A stretch of DNA of 64,000 nucleotides from the human T2T-CHM13v2.0 reference genome, Homo sapiens: assembly GCF_009914755.1 (NCBI RefSeq), contig NC_060938.1; one strand, 5' to 3'. The position numbers and the translations under genes were made by a program. Positions 34,697 through 50,930 of the stretch are shown one piece after another (position 1 is the first letter of the stretch; each line of letters opens with the position of its first letter). The notes under the pieces were generated by a model that worked only from the letters and a program-made list of their open reading frames with translations, made no database searches and was not told the origin of the DNA.

Positions 34697-35992
34697 TCAA
34701 CCTCCTCTCTTCTCAGACAGGGAACCTGAGGGTAAAAGAGGAAGTGACTGACAATGGTTACTCTGTGTGTTTAATCAGTGTTCTGTCAGTTCAAGTAGGA
34801 AAAAAAAAAGTCTTAAACAAAAAAGGAATTTATTTGGTGCACTGAATTTAACTGTCTCTCCTCAGGCACAATTTCAATCTAAAGATTCGAGAAGTATCAT
34901 CAAGACCTAATTCTCAGCTCCACTTTCCTCTTTATCGGCTTCATTCTCTGGTTCTGTATCAGAACAAAATGGCTGCCAAGAGCTCCCGCCTAAATTCCCC
35001 CACCTCCCTACCCCAGTTCATATCAGTGGAAAGAGAATGTCTTTTTGTGGTCATGTAAGCAAAAGTCCCAACGTTTGTTCTGATTGTGACTTGAGTCACA
35101 TGCAATGGCCTGATTGGCAAGTTTCAGGTCACATGTTCATCCATGCATCTTTGGGCAGTCAACACCATCAAGCATGTGAACTGAGAATGGGAGAGGAATG
35201 ATTCCCTCTAGATTAATGCTGTCCAATAGAACGTTCTGTGGTGAGTTCATGGAAAGTTCACAGAGCGCAGCTTGGGTGGCATCTCTGTGGCCATATTATT
35301 ATTCTGAGTCTCAGAGTTTCTAAAGCTACAGAATACAGGAGATGTCTCTTTCCCTCCCTCTCTCCCTGCCTCCCTTTCTGTCTTCCTTCCTTCTTTCCTT
35401 CCATCCTTCCATTAGCCATACCATGAGCACCTCCTAGGTATAATTTTCTACGCTAGATACCTTACATTATTGATTCATGTATTCATTCACACATTCATTA
35501 AATATCTTTTATACACCAAGCGTTCAGCTCTAGGAATTAAAATCTGAACAAGAAAGACAGGTTCCCTCCTGGAAAGTAAGACAACACTGAGTAACTATTT
35601 ACCAATACTACAGGCATTAGAAAGGGAGAGGACAAGACAGTGGTCTTCGGCATGTCTAGAGGAAGCCTCGGTGACATTAACCTGAGACTAGAGGAGGAAG
35701 AGTGAGGGGCTGGGTGAGGGGGTGTGGTCCGGGCAGAGGGACAGCAAGGGGCAATAAAGGGTTGGAAGCAGAGGTGTGACGTGCTCAGGTTTGCATCTTA
35801 AAAAGATCCCTCTGGGAATTATGCTAGTAAAAAAAGCCAGTCCCCAAAGATTCCATACTGTATGATTCCATTTATATAACATTCTTCAAGTGACAAAATT
35901 ACAGAAATGGAGAACAGATTAGTGGTTGCCGGGATCAGAGATGGGGTGAGATAGAAGGAGAAGAGTTTGGCTTATAAAAGGGCAGCATGAGC

Positions 35993-36372
35993 TGTTATGG
36001 ACTGAATGCTTGTGCCCCCCACCCCCAAAATTCATATGCAGAAGCCCTAACCCCCAATATGCCTCTATTGGAGACAGGGTCTGTGAGTAGGTGACAAAGG
36101 TTAAAAGGGGTCATAATAGTGGGGCCCTAATCCAATGGGGCTGGTGCCTTTATTAAAGAGGAAGACACACCAGCGTTCTCCCTCTCCATCATGTGAGAAC
36201 ACAGCGAGAAGGTGGCCATCTGCGAGCCAGAAAAGGGTCCTCACCAGGAACTGAATTAGCCAGCACCCTGAACTTGAACTCCTAGCCTCCAGAACTATGA
36301 GAAATAAATATCTACTGTTTAAGACACTCAGTCTGTGGTATTTTGTTATGGCAGCCCGGGCCAACAAATATA
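35993..36372 (+). mobile_element. MLT1A-type LTR
   Basis: TGTTATGGACTGAATGCTTGTGCCCCC...GTTATGGCAGCCCG. Confidence 0.85.
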
Positions 36373-36376
36373 CTAG

Positions 36377-36808
36377 TGTCATGGGTTGAATAGTATCCTC
36401 CCAAAATTCACATCCACCTAGAACCTCAGATATGACCTTGCTTGCAGATGTAGTTAACACAAGGATCTCAAGATGAGATCTTTCTAGATTAAGATGAGCC
36501 CTAAATCCAAAGACTGATATCCTTATAGAAAGAGAAGGGAACATGCACAGAGAGACAGGGAGAAGAAAGGAGGTGGAGATGCCGGCAGAGATTGGAGTTA
36601 TGCTGGTATGAACAAAGGAATGCCGGGAGCCACCCAAAGCTGGAAGGGATAGGAAAGGTTCTCCCCGAGAGCCTTCAGAGAGAGGATGGCCCTGCCAACA
36701 CTTTGATTTCAGACTTCTGGCCTCCCAAACGGTGAGAATAAATGTCTTATTGTCTTAAGACACCACGTTTACGGTCATTTCTTACAGCAGGCCTAGAAAA
36801 CTCATACA
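36377..36808 (+). mobile_element. MLT1B/C-type LTR
   Basis: TGTCATGGGTTGAATAGTATCCTCCCAAAATTCAC...CCTAGAAAACTCATACA. Confidence 0.85.
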
Positions 36809-37730
36809 ACAAAGGACTGATGTGCCACCAGAACTGTTTTTTATTTTATCAATGTTGATATCCTGGTAGTGATATTATACTGTAGTTTTGCAAGATGTTA
36901 CTATTGAGGGAAACAGGGTGAAGGGTACATGGGAGCTCTTTGTATCATTTCTCACAACTGCATGTGAATCTACAATTATCTCAAAATAAAAAGTTTAATT
37001 AAAAAAATTTCCTCTGGGAGCCATGTGGTAAACGGAGAGGAAGCTGAGAGACCAGTTGGTGCCATTGAAGTCATTCATGGGCAAGATAATAGCAGGTAGG
37101 CCAGGTGGTTACCAAGGAGACAGAGAGAAGAGGATGGGTTGGGGAGAAAGTTAGAAGGTTGAAGTGACAGCACTTGGGTACCAACTTGGTGATGGGAGTG
37201 GAGGAGTAAGAGGTGTCCATGATGACTCTGGCTCGTACAGCAAAAGTATGATGGTGGCTTTAACAGAGGCCTCTGAGCAAAGAGCAGATTTGGGGAGAAA
37301 AGAATGGGAACCACAGCATGTTTCAGACAGAACAGTTCAAATAACCAGGCTATCCAGCTTCCTCTCAGAAATGGCCATCTGACCTCATTCTGTCTTTATC
37401 TCACATTTTTACTCCACAAAAGAGATTCTAATTGAGTCAGTTTCCTACATTCCAACACGGAGCAGGGCAGCCATGCGCCAGGCTACCTCCTGGGCCCCTC
37501 TTGTGATCACTGTATACTTGTCTTCTTTTCCTTGGAAACTGATCCTTGGTCTCAAGGCACAAGACATGGCCACTTCATTCAGATAGACTGAGACTGTGGT
37601 ATGGCAAGAACTTAGAGTTTCAGGTGTCTCCAATACAGCCAGTGGAGCTTAGCAGAGATGGTCGAGGATGGAGGAAGATTGCTCCTAAAAAAATCTCTCA
37701 ACTCAATGCCCAAGCAAAGAAGGAAGACCA

Positions 37731-38024
37731 AGCCGGGCACAGTGGCTCATGCCTGTAATCCCAGCACTTTGGGAGGCTGAGGCAGGTGGATCACGCGGTC
37801 AGGAGTTCAAGACCATCCTGGCCAAGATGGTGAAACCCCGTCTCTACTAAAAATACAAAAAATTAGCCACCTGTGGTGGCAGGCGCCTGTAATCCCAGCT
37901 ACTCGGGAGACTGAGGCACAGTATTGCTTGAACCCAGGATGCGGAGCTTCCAGTGAGCCGAGATCGTGCCACTGCACTCCAGCCTGAGCGACAGAGTGAG
38001 ACTCCGTCTCAAAAAAAAAAAAAA
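37731..38024 (+). mobile_element. AluS (Sc/Sg-like)
   Basis: Dimer with poly(A); flanks AAGGAAGACCA / AAGGAAAACCA. Confidence 0.92.
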
Positions 38025-38554
38025 GGAAAACCAGAACTCTTCACATCAACTCTAGCTTTGTTTTCTGAGGAGAGGGAAGGTTGGAGGAGTCTTTCAGAAC
38101 AAAGTTGGAGGACTAACACAGCCTGATCTCATAGCTCATCATAAAGCTACAGTAATCAGAATAGTATGATATTGGCATCAATATAGACAAATAAATTTGC
38201 GAAATAGAATAGAGAATCCAGAAATAGACCCACACACATGATCAACTGATTTTTGAAAAAGACGTAAAGGCAATTCAGCGGAAAGAGTATAGTCTTTTCA
38301 ACAAATGCTGCTGGAACAACTGAATATTCATATGGAAAAAGTTGAACTTCGACATATACCTTACACCATATACAAAAACAAACTCAAAATTGATCATAGA
38401 ATGAAATGTTAAACCTAAATCTATAAAACTTTAAAAGAACGCATAAGTGAAAAGCTTTTGTGATCTTGGGTTAGGCAAAGATTTTTTAGGTAAGACATTA
38501 AAAGCACAATCCATAAAAGATTATGTTGGAATCTGTCAAAATTTAAAACTTCTG

Positions 38555-38946
<392 letters not shown>

Positions 38947-40074
38947 AAAGTCTTTTAAGAGAGTGAAGAGGCAAGCCACATGCTGGGAAAAAATATTTGT
39001 GATCTTAATATCTGATAAAAGATATGTATCTAGAGAGTGGGACGTCCGGCTTCAGAATGGGAACCTTCGTTGCCCCAGCGATGAAACAGAGAATTAAATA
39101 TGAGTGATGCTGAGAAAGGCAAGATTTTTGCTCAGAAGTGTGCCCAGTGCCACACTGTGGAAAAGTGAGGCCAGCACAAGACTAGGCCTAATCTCCATGG
39201 TCTCTTCGGGCGGAAGACAGGTCAGGCTGCTGTATTCTCTTACACAGATGCCAGTAAGAACAAAGGCATCACGTGGGGAGAGGATACCCTGATGGAGTAT
39301 TTGGAGACTCCCAAGAAGTACATCCCTGGAACAAAAGTGATCTTTGCTGGCATTAAGAAGAAGACAGAAAGGGCAGACTTGATAGCTTATCTCAAAAAAG
39401 CTACTATTGAGTAATAATGGGTCACTGCCTTATTAATTACAAAACAGAAATGTTTCATGACTTTTTTATGTGGACTATAATAGATCTCATACACCAGAAT
39501 TCAGATCATGAATGACTGACAGAATATTCTGTTGGGCAGTCCTGACTTAAAACTAAGGCTGGCTTGTGGTTAAATGAGTATGTTCAGTTTTTGAATTTTA
39601 ATAGTAATTCCAATTCAGTAAATGCTATCACTGTTTACCCCTTCTAAAGATATGATTAGACTTCATTAGTAGTGTTCAACTTTTCACAAAGATGGTGAAT
39701 GCCATCTTAAAACTTACTGGAGATTGGTTTTATATTTAGATTTCTATAACTGGTTATGTGAATAGATTTAAATACTGGGGAAATTCCTTCACTGTCTCAG
39801 AACCAAGCAAGATTCACCTGTGTTTTGTGTTCATTTGCCTCTTAAAGGCAAGAGTTGAAGATAAATAAGGGAGCAATGTCTACTTTATATTTTTGGCCTT
39901 AACTGTGCCAATCTAATTAGAATTCTCTGTATTTAAAATGGTTCTTTTTACTTATTGAAAGGCATTTTAGTGTGGTTTATGTGTAATATCAAAGATTATT
40001 TAACACTTCTCACATTTTATAGATGCTCTACAAGGTCACATGCTTTTAAAATAGTAGCAAGTTAAACTTCACTC

Positions 40075-41121
<1,047 letters not shown>

Positions 41122-41152
41122 AAACTTCACTCTTTAATTTTTTACAATCTAA

Positions 41153-41500
<348 letters not shown>

Positions 41501-42559
41501 TAAAACTGTAGAACTGCTGTATATTTGTGATTGGGAATGGTGCTTTTGCCAACTTAAAAGGATTAAAGTAGAGGAGATACACACAAATTTTAAAATTATG
41601 TGTGATCATAAGCTTAAGATAATTAAAAAGAAAACCACAGATTAAAAAAAGGATACGTATCTAGAACAAAGACCTTTCAAACCTCAATAAAAAGAAAACA
41701 AAGAACACAATTTTTCAAATGGGCAAAAGATTTGAACAGATGTTTCAGTAAAGAAGATATAAAAATGGCAAATAAACACATGAAAAGATGCTTAACATTA
41801 TCAGTCATCAGAAAATGCAAGTTAAAGCCACGTATGTATTAGAATATCTAAATGTGAAGGGCTGAGCACATCAAATGTTCACAAAAATGTGGAACAAGTG
41901 TGGAACAAGTGGAACTCCCACACACTGTTGGTGGGCATATATAATGGTAGAACCAGTTTGAAAAACAGTTTGGCACTTTCTAAAATAAAAAACAAAAAAA
42001 AATACTTGATAAATGATCCAGCCATTCTACTCCTAGATATTTGCACAAAAGAAATAAAAACATGTGTTAATACAAAAATGTATATGTGAATGCTCATAGA
42101 CACTTTATTTGTAATAACCAAAAACTGCAAAAACCCCAAATGTCATCAACAGGTGAATTGATAAACATTTGGTATATCCATATAGTGGAATACTACACAG
42201 CAATGAAAAGGAATTGGTTATTGATGCATACTAAGATGAATCACAAAGTAATTATGCTGGATGAAAGAATAAGACAAAAAAGAATATGTATGGTATGATT
42301 TCAATGATCAAAAAATTCTGGAAAAGGCAAACTAGTATTTAGTGATGAGAAGCAGATGAACAGTTGCCAGGAGATGGAGTGAGGAGGGGAATGGGTGAGG
42401 AGTGATTACAAAGGGGCACTAGGGGGTGACAATGCATATGTTTATTATCTAGATTGTGGTGTTTAAATATGTCAAAACTTGTCAAATTGTACATTTTAAA
42501 TGTGTTATTTTTGTATGTCAATTATACCTCAATAAAATCCTCTTTTTAAAAAGGAATCC

Positions 42560-42851
42560 AGGACAGGTGCTGTGGCTCATGCCTGTAATCCCAGCACTTT
42601 GGGAGGCCAAGGCAAGTGGATCACGAGGTCAGGAGTTCAAGACCAGCCTGGCCAAGATGGTCAAACCCCGTCTCCACTAAAAATACAAAAATTAGCCAGG
42701 TGTGGTGGCGGGTGCCTGCAATCCCAGCTACTCAGGAGGCTGAGGCAGAGAATTGCTTGAACCTGGGAGGCAGAGGTTGCAGTGAGCCAAGACTGCACCA
42801 CTGCACTCCAGCCTGGGCAACAGAGCGAGGCTCCGTTTCAAAAAAAAAAAA
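42560..42851 (+). mobile_element. AluS at the end of the host L1M
   Basis: TSD ~AAAA(A/T)GGAATCCA. Confidence 0.92.
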
Positions 42852-43066
42852 TGGAATCCAGGGGAAAAGCAGTGCCTTTCTTCCCTTGTGTGTTCCCTGC
42901 CCTCTCCTCATCTTTCACAGAGCCCATCTGCTTCTGAAAAGTAGGAGCTATGCTTTCTTCTCCCACAAGCCATTCACTTATAAAAAGCAGTCTTGTGGGG
43001 GATGAGCTCAGCTGGGTGAGAGGAAGAAGACTGGCAAAAGAGTCATCATCAAAGTCAAGGCAATTC

Positions 43067-43350
43067 TTTTTTTTTTTTTTTTTTTTGAGACAGGGTCTTG
43101 TTCTGTCACCCAGACTGGAGTGCAGTGGTTCACTCCGGGCTCCAGTGATCCTCCCACCTCAGCCTCCTGAATAGTTGGCACCACAGGTACATGCCACCAC
43201 GCCCAGCTAATTTTATGTGTGCGTGTATGGAGAGAGACAGGGGTCTCGCTATGTTGCCTAGGCTGGTCTTAAACTCCTGGGCTCAAGCAGTCTTCCTGCC
43301 TCAGCCTCTCAAAGTGCTGAGATTACAGGCATGAGGCACCACGCCTGGCC
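43067..43350 (-). mobile_element. AluJ
   Basis: TSD AAGGCAATTC. Confidence 0.9.
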
Positions 43351-43852
43351 AAGGCAATTCCTTAGCAGTCATTGTTCCAATGTGACCAAGTGCCCAAAGA
43401 AACAGGAAGGGACTACACAATTATAATGCAGACAGTAAGTCTCTGCAATCAGACAGATCTGGGTATAAATTCTGGCTCCATGACTTAGCAAGTTTTTGAT
43501 TCCTAACCTCTTTAAACCTCTGTTTCCTCATTTGCAAAATGGGATCATATGCCACACAAAGGATGCCAGGAGATTAAGTGAGGTTCTATTTACAAAGAGA
43601 TTAAGTGAGGTTCTATCTACATCAGCCAGGCACAGAGTAAAGGCTTCCTCTACCTGGGAGACAGCATCTAGACAAGGAAGAGCACAGAATCCAAAAAAGA
43701 AAATTCTGAGTTCTAGTCCTAACTCTGCTGCCAATCGCTTATATGGCCTTGCCACCAGTCTGTATAAGCCCTTCAGCACTGGGGATGGAGAGAGGAGAAC
43801 AGTGTTAAGAACACATTCATTCTCCATTCCACTAGCTTCTCCGAGTCCTGAC

Positions 43853-44483
<631 letters not shown>

Positions 44484-47400
44484 GGTTAGATCATCAGAAG
44501 AAACATACTTGTCTGCTGTTCTCTTAGCTGCCCACAGAAAAGTATTCAGTGTGTTAAGATTAAATCTTATGTCCTTAACTTTTACAGGGGTTCATAAGAA
44601 ACATCCATTTGATTGGAATTTCTGTGTCTTTTGCAATAAATGTTTCCTTGAATTTTATGCCAGCAAATAAGATGGTCTTCAATTGACCTTATATGCATTA
44701 TTTTATTATCCCACTATGTAACTGGCATATTGTAAGTAGCCTATAGACTAATTTTAGTTATTTTAGTGATATTAACAGACAAGAATTCTTAATTTTAATG
44801 ATATGTACTTATCTGTGTCATTATCCTCTATTTGTGGTTAGTGATGGTGGTTTTCCGTTTACAAAAATATCAAGTTTTTAAGATTTTTAAATTAAATTGA
44901 ATAATTGTATTGATTTTTTAAAATGTCAAGTAAGTAACAATTTTGCTAGAACCACAGGAAAGGCAAAAATGTTACAGTTGTTCAAGAATGATGGAAGTTT
45001 AGGAATAACATATTGGACAATAGGAACATGTTTTCCTCTTTACCATGGTTGCTGGGAAGCTCAGGATTAAAGGCAGTGGCATTTTACAATAGTATCCACA
45101 GTTCTGTAATTTACCTCATTGGACTTCTTTGCAGCTGCCTTTAATAGAGCACTGACCACATCGTGTGGTTTCTGTTGGCTCGTGTGACTATCTGCCAAAG
45201 GAAACCGGAGCCGGACTCACCAGGCCAGAACTTGGGAGACCCATTGGGTTGACCTGTTCCATTTCTTCTCTGCCTGTTCCTCTTGAACCCACCAACATCT
45301 GGCTCTCACTTCTTTCCAAAAACTATTCCCACAAAGGTCATTAATTACCTCACAGGGCCAAATACAATGGCTTCCTTCCAGTTCTCAATCCATGGGGCCT
45401 CTGCTCAGCACTTGACTATGTTTATATATGGGTTATTACACAGCTCATTTATAAATTATTACATAGGCTACTATAGTAAGCTAGTAATATCCCCATCCAC
45501 TCAAGTGCTCAAGCCACAAGTTGCTACCTCCTTCCTCTGCCCCCCCCCTTCCTGCCAAGCTCTTGACCAGCGCTGTCCTTCCTTCCACTGACATATTTCT
45601 CAGCCTTCTCTGCCCCTCTTAGGGCTTTATGGCCCTTGAGACCTTTCCGTTGCTTCCCTAGGTGTGACATTCATGTCCCTGTCTTCACTTGCACCCACAC
45701 CAGTTAACATGGTTAACTTTCTAAACCATGAGCGGGCAGGTTAAGGTCAAACTAAAATGGGCCAAGTCCAGCCCCCTCCACCACCTGTTTTTGTAAGTGG
45801 TTATGTTTAGCATGTATCTTCAACTCTCCTCTTTGTACACAAAGCCTAAAATCTTTACTGTCTGGTCCTGTCCAGCAAAAGCTTGCCAACCCTGTTATGA
45901 ACCCAGAAGTGGCTGCTGTCCTGCTTCTCCTTGCGTACCCCAGACTTCCCTACACATTAGCATCCCCTGAAGGGACTGAGGAAATGCAGATTTCTGGGCC
46001 CCAGCAGCTAGAGATTCTGATTCAGTGGGTCTGGGGTGAAGCCTGCAATGTTCCCACACCCCAAATCGTTCTAATGTAGGTGGCCCAAGGTCCACACTTT
46101 GGGAAATTCTGCTGTAATCGCAGAGCCAGCCTGAAGTCCCTGAAACATCATGGGTACTGGCCAGCGAGGGCCAGTGCTCTGCGCTCCCTGTTCTGTCTGC
46201 CTGGAAAGCCTTGGAAAACGCCTTTCTCCTCTGCAAAAGTCGTGTCCTCTTCCCAGACCTCCCACTCCCATACCAGACAAGCATTGTCACCTTCTCCTCT
46301 CCTGCTCCATAAAGCACCTGTCCCTCTACAACCCTGATGATGTGCTTGTGTGTCTGTCTCAGTAGCCAGACTGGGAGCTCTTCCAAGATGACATCATTTC
46401 ACTGCCCCCAGCCCTTGCATAGAAGGCCTTAAATCAATATTTGGTGAATCAATGAATGAACAGATGGACTTGCTCCAAATTGCTGCATAAAGCAATGCAA
46501 AGTCAGGACTGAGTCCAAACACTGGGATCCCCTGTCGGGTAACCTCCAGGCTGAGCCATCAGTTGCTGGAGCACAGTGGTTCAGAGCAGAGCTGGCCTGG
46601 GTGTGAATCTAGCTCTGTACTTTGCTAGCTCTGTGACCTTGGGCAGCTTATACAAGCCTGATTACATCACCTCTAAAATGAGAAAGATGATGTTAATAGC
46701 ACTTACCTCACAGAGTTGCTCTGAGGTTTAAATGAAGTAATCCATGGAAAGCTCTTCAGCACATAGGAAGCATTTAATACATGTTAATTATGGTTTTATT
46801 CTGTCATATCTCTTTGTCCACGCCAGGCATGTGCCAAGGTGGAGCCTGACAGGAAGCCTCAGCCTTTCTATAGTGAGGGCACAGCAGGGACTACTCAGAC
46901 TCAAGTCTCGGGGTCAGCCAACCCCATCTCTCTCTTGTCACTGGGATTCTACTGGAAATCGCCAGCTGTGGGAAGTCCTGCCAGGTGGCCCAGGACCCTG
47001 GAAATAGGCAGATCTTAGAGTTCAGCTACTAAAGCTCCTGCTCCCTCCTCCCAGCCCAACTCAAGAAACCTACCCCGCAGCACCTTATTCTTTGGTCACC
47101 AGCCAGGAGGGTCAAGGTAGAATTGCTTCAGGAGACAGATGACACCGAGTAGGCTGGAGGATGTGGTAAGGGCTGGGCTACACGGAGGATGCTGGCAGCA
47201 ATGAGTAGCACCAATACTGAATGTTAATTGAGCCCTAATCAGTAAGCACTCTCCTGGGGCAAATGTGACCAACCCCAGGGAGAGAGTTTGATGGAGATAC
47301 AACAGGAACTCCAGTGGACCACAGAGTGGACCTGCCACACGCAGACAGCAACAGCGCCCGCATCCTTATGTGGCAAATCCAGGACAGGGGCTTCCAAAGC

Positions 47401-47533
47401 AGGAAGTCCTCTGGGGTTGTGGAGATAAGATTACAGACCCATCTGCAACAGCTGAGGTGAGGTGATGGGGTCACTGTCTCAGAGCCCATGGGACTACAGA
47501 ATCAGAAAGAAGAGTAATGTTTGGTCTAATATG

Positions 47534-47540
47534 CTTTTTC

Positions 47541-47576
<36 letters not shown>

Positions 47577-47868
47577 TGGGGACAGACTTTCATTCTTGTT
47601 GTCCAGGCTGGATGGAGTGCAGTGGCTGATCTCGACTCACTGCAACCTCTGCCTCCCAGGTTCAAGTGATTCTCATGCCTCAGCCTCCCGAGTAGCTGGG
47701 ATTACAGATGCCCGCCACCATGCCTGGCTAAATTTTTTTGCATTTTTAGTAGAGACAGGGTTTCACCATGTTGGCCAGGCTGGTCTCAAACTTCTGACCT
47801 CAGGCAATCTGCCCGCCTCGACCTCCCAAAGTGCTAGGATTATAGGCATGAGCCACCACGCCTGGGCA
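47534..47868 (-). mobile_element. AluS with (TTTTC)n tail
   Basis: Alu dimer. Confidence 0.92.
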
Positions 47869-47869
47869 A

Positions 47870-48870
47870 CTCTTTTTAAACCATTCCTCAATTGCACAAA
47901 CCAAAAACCTAGGAATTGGCCTTGACAACTGTCTCTCACTTAATCCCCCCAACCTGATCCTTCTTCATAGAGCACCGCCATTTTTATCTTCTAAGGATCT
48001 CTGCCATCAAGCCATCCCGATTCCCAATCTTGCTTACCCTCTTCAATTTCTTTTTCTTTTTCCATTGCACATAATACTTTGCAATGTATTTACTTATTTA
48101 TTATACTTACTGTCTATCTCCCTTCTCACTAAACCTGGCATGTAGTAGATGCTCAATAAAGATTCGAGGACTGATTCTGCATGACCACCTTCTCCCGTCT
48201 GAATGATAGCACTAGCCTCCTGTCTGGCCTACTGCTGCCTACTCTGGTTCATCTTCAATCCATTGCCCAGAACGGTGCTTTCTCAAAATGCAAATCTGGT
48301 CATGTGTCAGCTTTGTGCCACCCACCCCTGCATGCACAGACATCAGACACATCAATGGCTTTCCACAGATTCAGGGTAAAGCCTCATCCCCCTAATGTGG
48401 CCCACAAGGTCCTCCTTTGCCTTCTCCTGCCCTCCTCTCTGGCTTCTGCTGCTCCCCACCTCCTCACTGTCTCTGCCCCAGACCCACTGGCATCCTTTTG
48501 CCACAGTCACGCCCACCAAACTGCCTGAGCCCATGAAGTTCCCGTGCAGTTTCCTGTGCATGGGTGGCTCTTCCCTGCCTTCGGATTCCAGCTCCAGCAG
48601 CCTTCCCTGACATGGCTCTCCACCCTCATTAGGTCAACTCTTCCCATCCCAGGATCTCAGATGCCATTTGTGACTTCTCCATGGAGCTCGTCATGGTTGC
48701 ATCTTTAGACTGGTACATGGGCTGTTTGGAAGCGTCTTTCTTCCTGACCACACTGAGAGCTCCATGAAGGAAGGACTGTCTTCGTTGCTCACTATTTTAG
48801 CCCCAGTTCCTAGTGGCGTGCCAAGCACCTAACAGGCACTCAATAAACATGTGTTGATTAAATGAAATAA
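47870..48870 (+). mobile_element. L2 fragments
   Basis: Two L2 3' ends (GATGCTCAATAAAG ~48150; AGGCACTCAATAAACATGTGTTGA ~48840). Confidence 0.7.
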
Positions 48871-50577
48871 GTGAGGAAACCCAGGCCCAAAGAGCCCAGG
48901 TGACTTGCTCACCGTGACACAGCTTGGAGATGGCCACTGCAACACAGAGTTCAGGGCTCTGCCAGAATTCATGCCACTTCTCTTTGGCAGGGCAGAGACA
49001 AGGGTCCCCCAGCCAGTGGGGAGCCCTCGCTGGCCAGTACAACCAGACAGGGGGATGGAACCTGGGCCTGCCTTGGGTCTTCTCTGGGAAAACAGCTCCA
49101 AGCCGGGAAGACAGAAGGTTGATATTCCCACGCTAAATTCCCCTCGTGGCCATTATAATTCACATCCTGCATATTGAAGGCTCTGAAAAGTCCCCAGGTC
49201 AAAAAGAAACTTTCACAGTAATAAACAGAAGATTTCCTTTTCCCAGAGGGAAATGTTTCTGCACAAACAGAAGCAGGTCTCCCTGAAGGTCAGCTCCAGG
49301 CACAACCAAGCGGACACTCATTTTTCCTAAGAACATTTATCAAAGACCTACTCAGTGCTAGACATTACAAAGCACCAGGGAAGCTGCAGAGAGGAGGATG
49401 GGCAAGGCCTCACCCTCAGAGGGTTGCATATAAAAGGCACTGTTCCCCCGGGAACATCCCAGGAGGGAAAATGCCAAACGTGAAACCAAGGAAACACTGA
49501 AACAACCATCTAGCCACGGAGGGACCTCACAGTGAGTGCAATGAAAAGGAGATGCAGGCTGTGGCTGTTTGGGCTGGGCTCTCTGAGGACGTGACTACAC
49601 GGCTGACAGCTTGTGGCAATGGGGCCAGTGTGACCAGAAGGCCAGGGTCTGATGGTCCAAGCTCCTAGCAAGCCCACCCTTCTGTTGCGAATATGCTCAA
49701 GAAAAACTCGAGTCCCCTCCGACGCACTTCCACGTGCCTCTCGGCAACCATCCGTGCAGAGAAACCGCAGGTGTGCCAGGTGATGACCTAGGGACGGTGA
49801 CTTGGGGACTCCTTGTTGTAAAATGTCAAGCACTTTGGTCCTGAATGCCAAAGCACACACACAAAACACTGTCCCCCTTCCTTGGCCTAATCTCAAAAGC
49901 CAAGCAAGATCCGTGTCTAAACTCTCATTGAACGCGCTAAAATGTTTCTGAAGAGCACAGGAATTACTTAAATGAAAAATAATTGTTGAGGAGCCATTAT
50001 TATTATTCAAGATGTGTCAAATGACATTGAAGTGTTCTATTTAATGTGTGGTCATTACTATCATCTTTTAGAGAACATGAAAATAAGCGTTCGTCTGATT
50101 ACCTGAATGCCCACACCTATTTTCCTCCTAATGTCTTATGACCATCCACCTGGAATTCTCCAACCTTGGGAGCTTTCAAGAACACAGCCCTCACAGCTGA
50201 GGCAGGGGAGGCCATCAGCACACAGGTCCTGGATGGGTCGGAGGCTGCTGAAATATCTAAGTTCCTGCAATGATTTCAGAGCATGCTGCTCAAATGGAGG
50301 TGCTTTCTTAGCAAGCAATCTCTCTATTTCTTGTGGGAAGATGAGGAGAAAATCGGCTGTTGGGTCCGGGATCCCAGCTGGCAGCTCACCCAGATTGACC
50401 CCCACCAGGGGAGCATGGAGCATTTCCCAACAGGGAAAGGACTGCGGGGCGCCGAGGGCCCCAAGCCGCAGAAACATGAGGCTTGCCTGACCCCTTGTGG
50501 TGTGAGGCTCTCAAAGCCCGCTCCTTGCTGTTCAGACAGAAGGGGCAAAGACTGGATTCATTGTGACTGTGAGTGCT

Positions 50578-50930
50578 TGTCGTGGATTGAATGACACCCC
50601 TCAAAAGGTATGTTCCCCCAATGTGACCTTATCTGGAAAAAGGGCCTTTGCAGATGTAATTAAGGATCGTAAAATGAGAGCATCCTGGATTACCCAGGTG
50701 GGCCCTAAATCCAATGACAATTGCCCCTTATAATCCACAGAAAAAGAAAAGCCACAGACATACAGAGCAGAAGTCCACGTGAAGATAGGCAGAAAAGGGA
50801 GTTACACAGCTACAAGCCAAGGAGTGCCGAGGCCCCGGCAGCCAAAAGAGGCTGGGAGAGAAGACATATCTGCTGTTTGAAGGCACTAGGTTTGGGGTCA
50901 TTTGTTATGGCGTGCTAGGAAACTTCAATA
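50578..50930 (+). mobile_element. MLT1B/C LTR, internally deleted
   Basis: AGGGCCTTTGCAGATGTAATTAAGGATC...TTTGTTATGGCGTGCTAGGAAACT. Confidence 0.75.

Larger units (their letters stand above)
35818..37000 (+). mobile_element. 5'-truncated L1MC-type 3'UTR inserted in L2, hosting two MLT1 LTRs
   Basis: Ends CAACTGCATGTGAATCTACAATTATCTCAAAATAAAAAG; TSD-like AAAAAGATCCCTCTGGGA 35800-35817 / AAAAAATTTCCTCTGGGA 37002-37019. Confidence 0.75.

Noticed and set aside
36101-36637. Longest ORF (178 aa)
   Set aside because: Antisense across two MLT1 LTRs; no recognisable domain.
39104-39292. 62-aa ORF
   Set aside because: Off-frame reading of the CYCS pseudogene.
43570-43621. 27-bp tandem duplication in a MIR (similar small ones at ~53311 and ~57577)
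   Set aside because: Ordinary slippage events.
49429-49436. TATAAAAG TATA box
   Set aside because: At the edge of an L2-like remnant with no supporting promoter or exon evidence.
49510-50490. Overlapping 113-166-aa ORFs in unique sequence
   Set aside because: No recognisable protein family or convincing exon structure; a lncRNA exon cannot be excluded.
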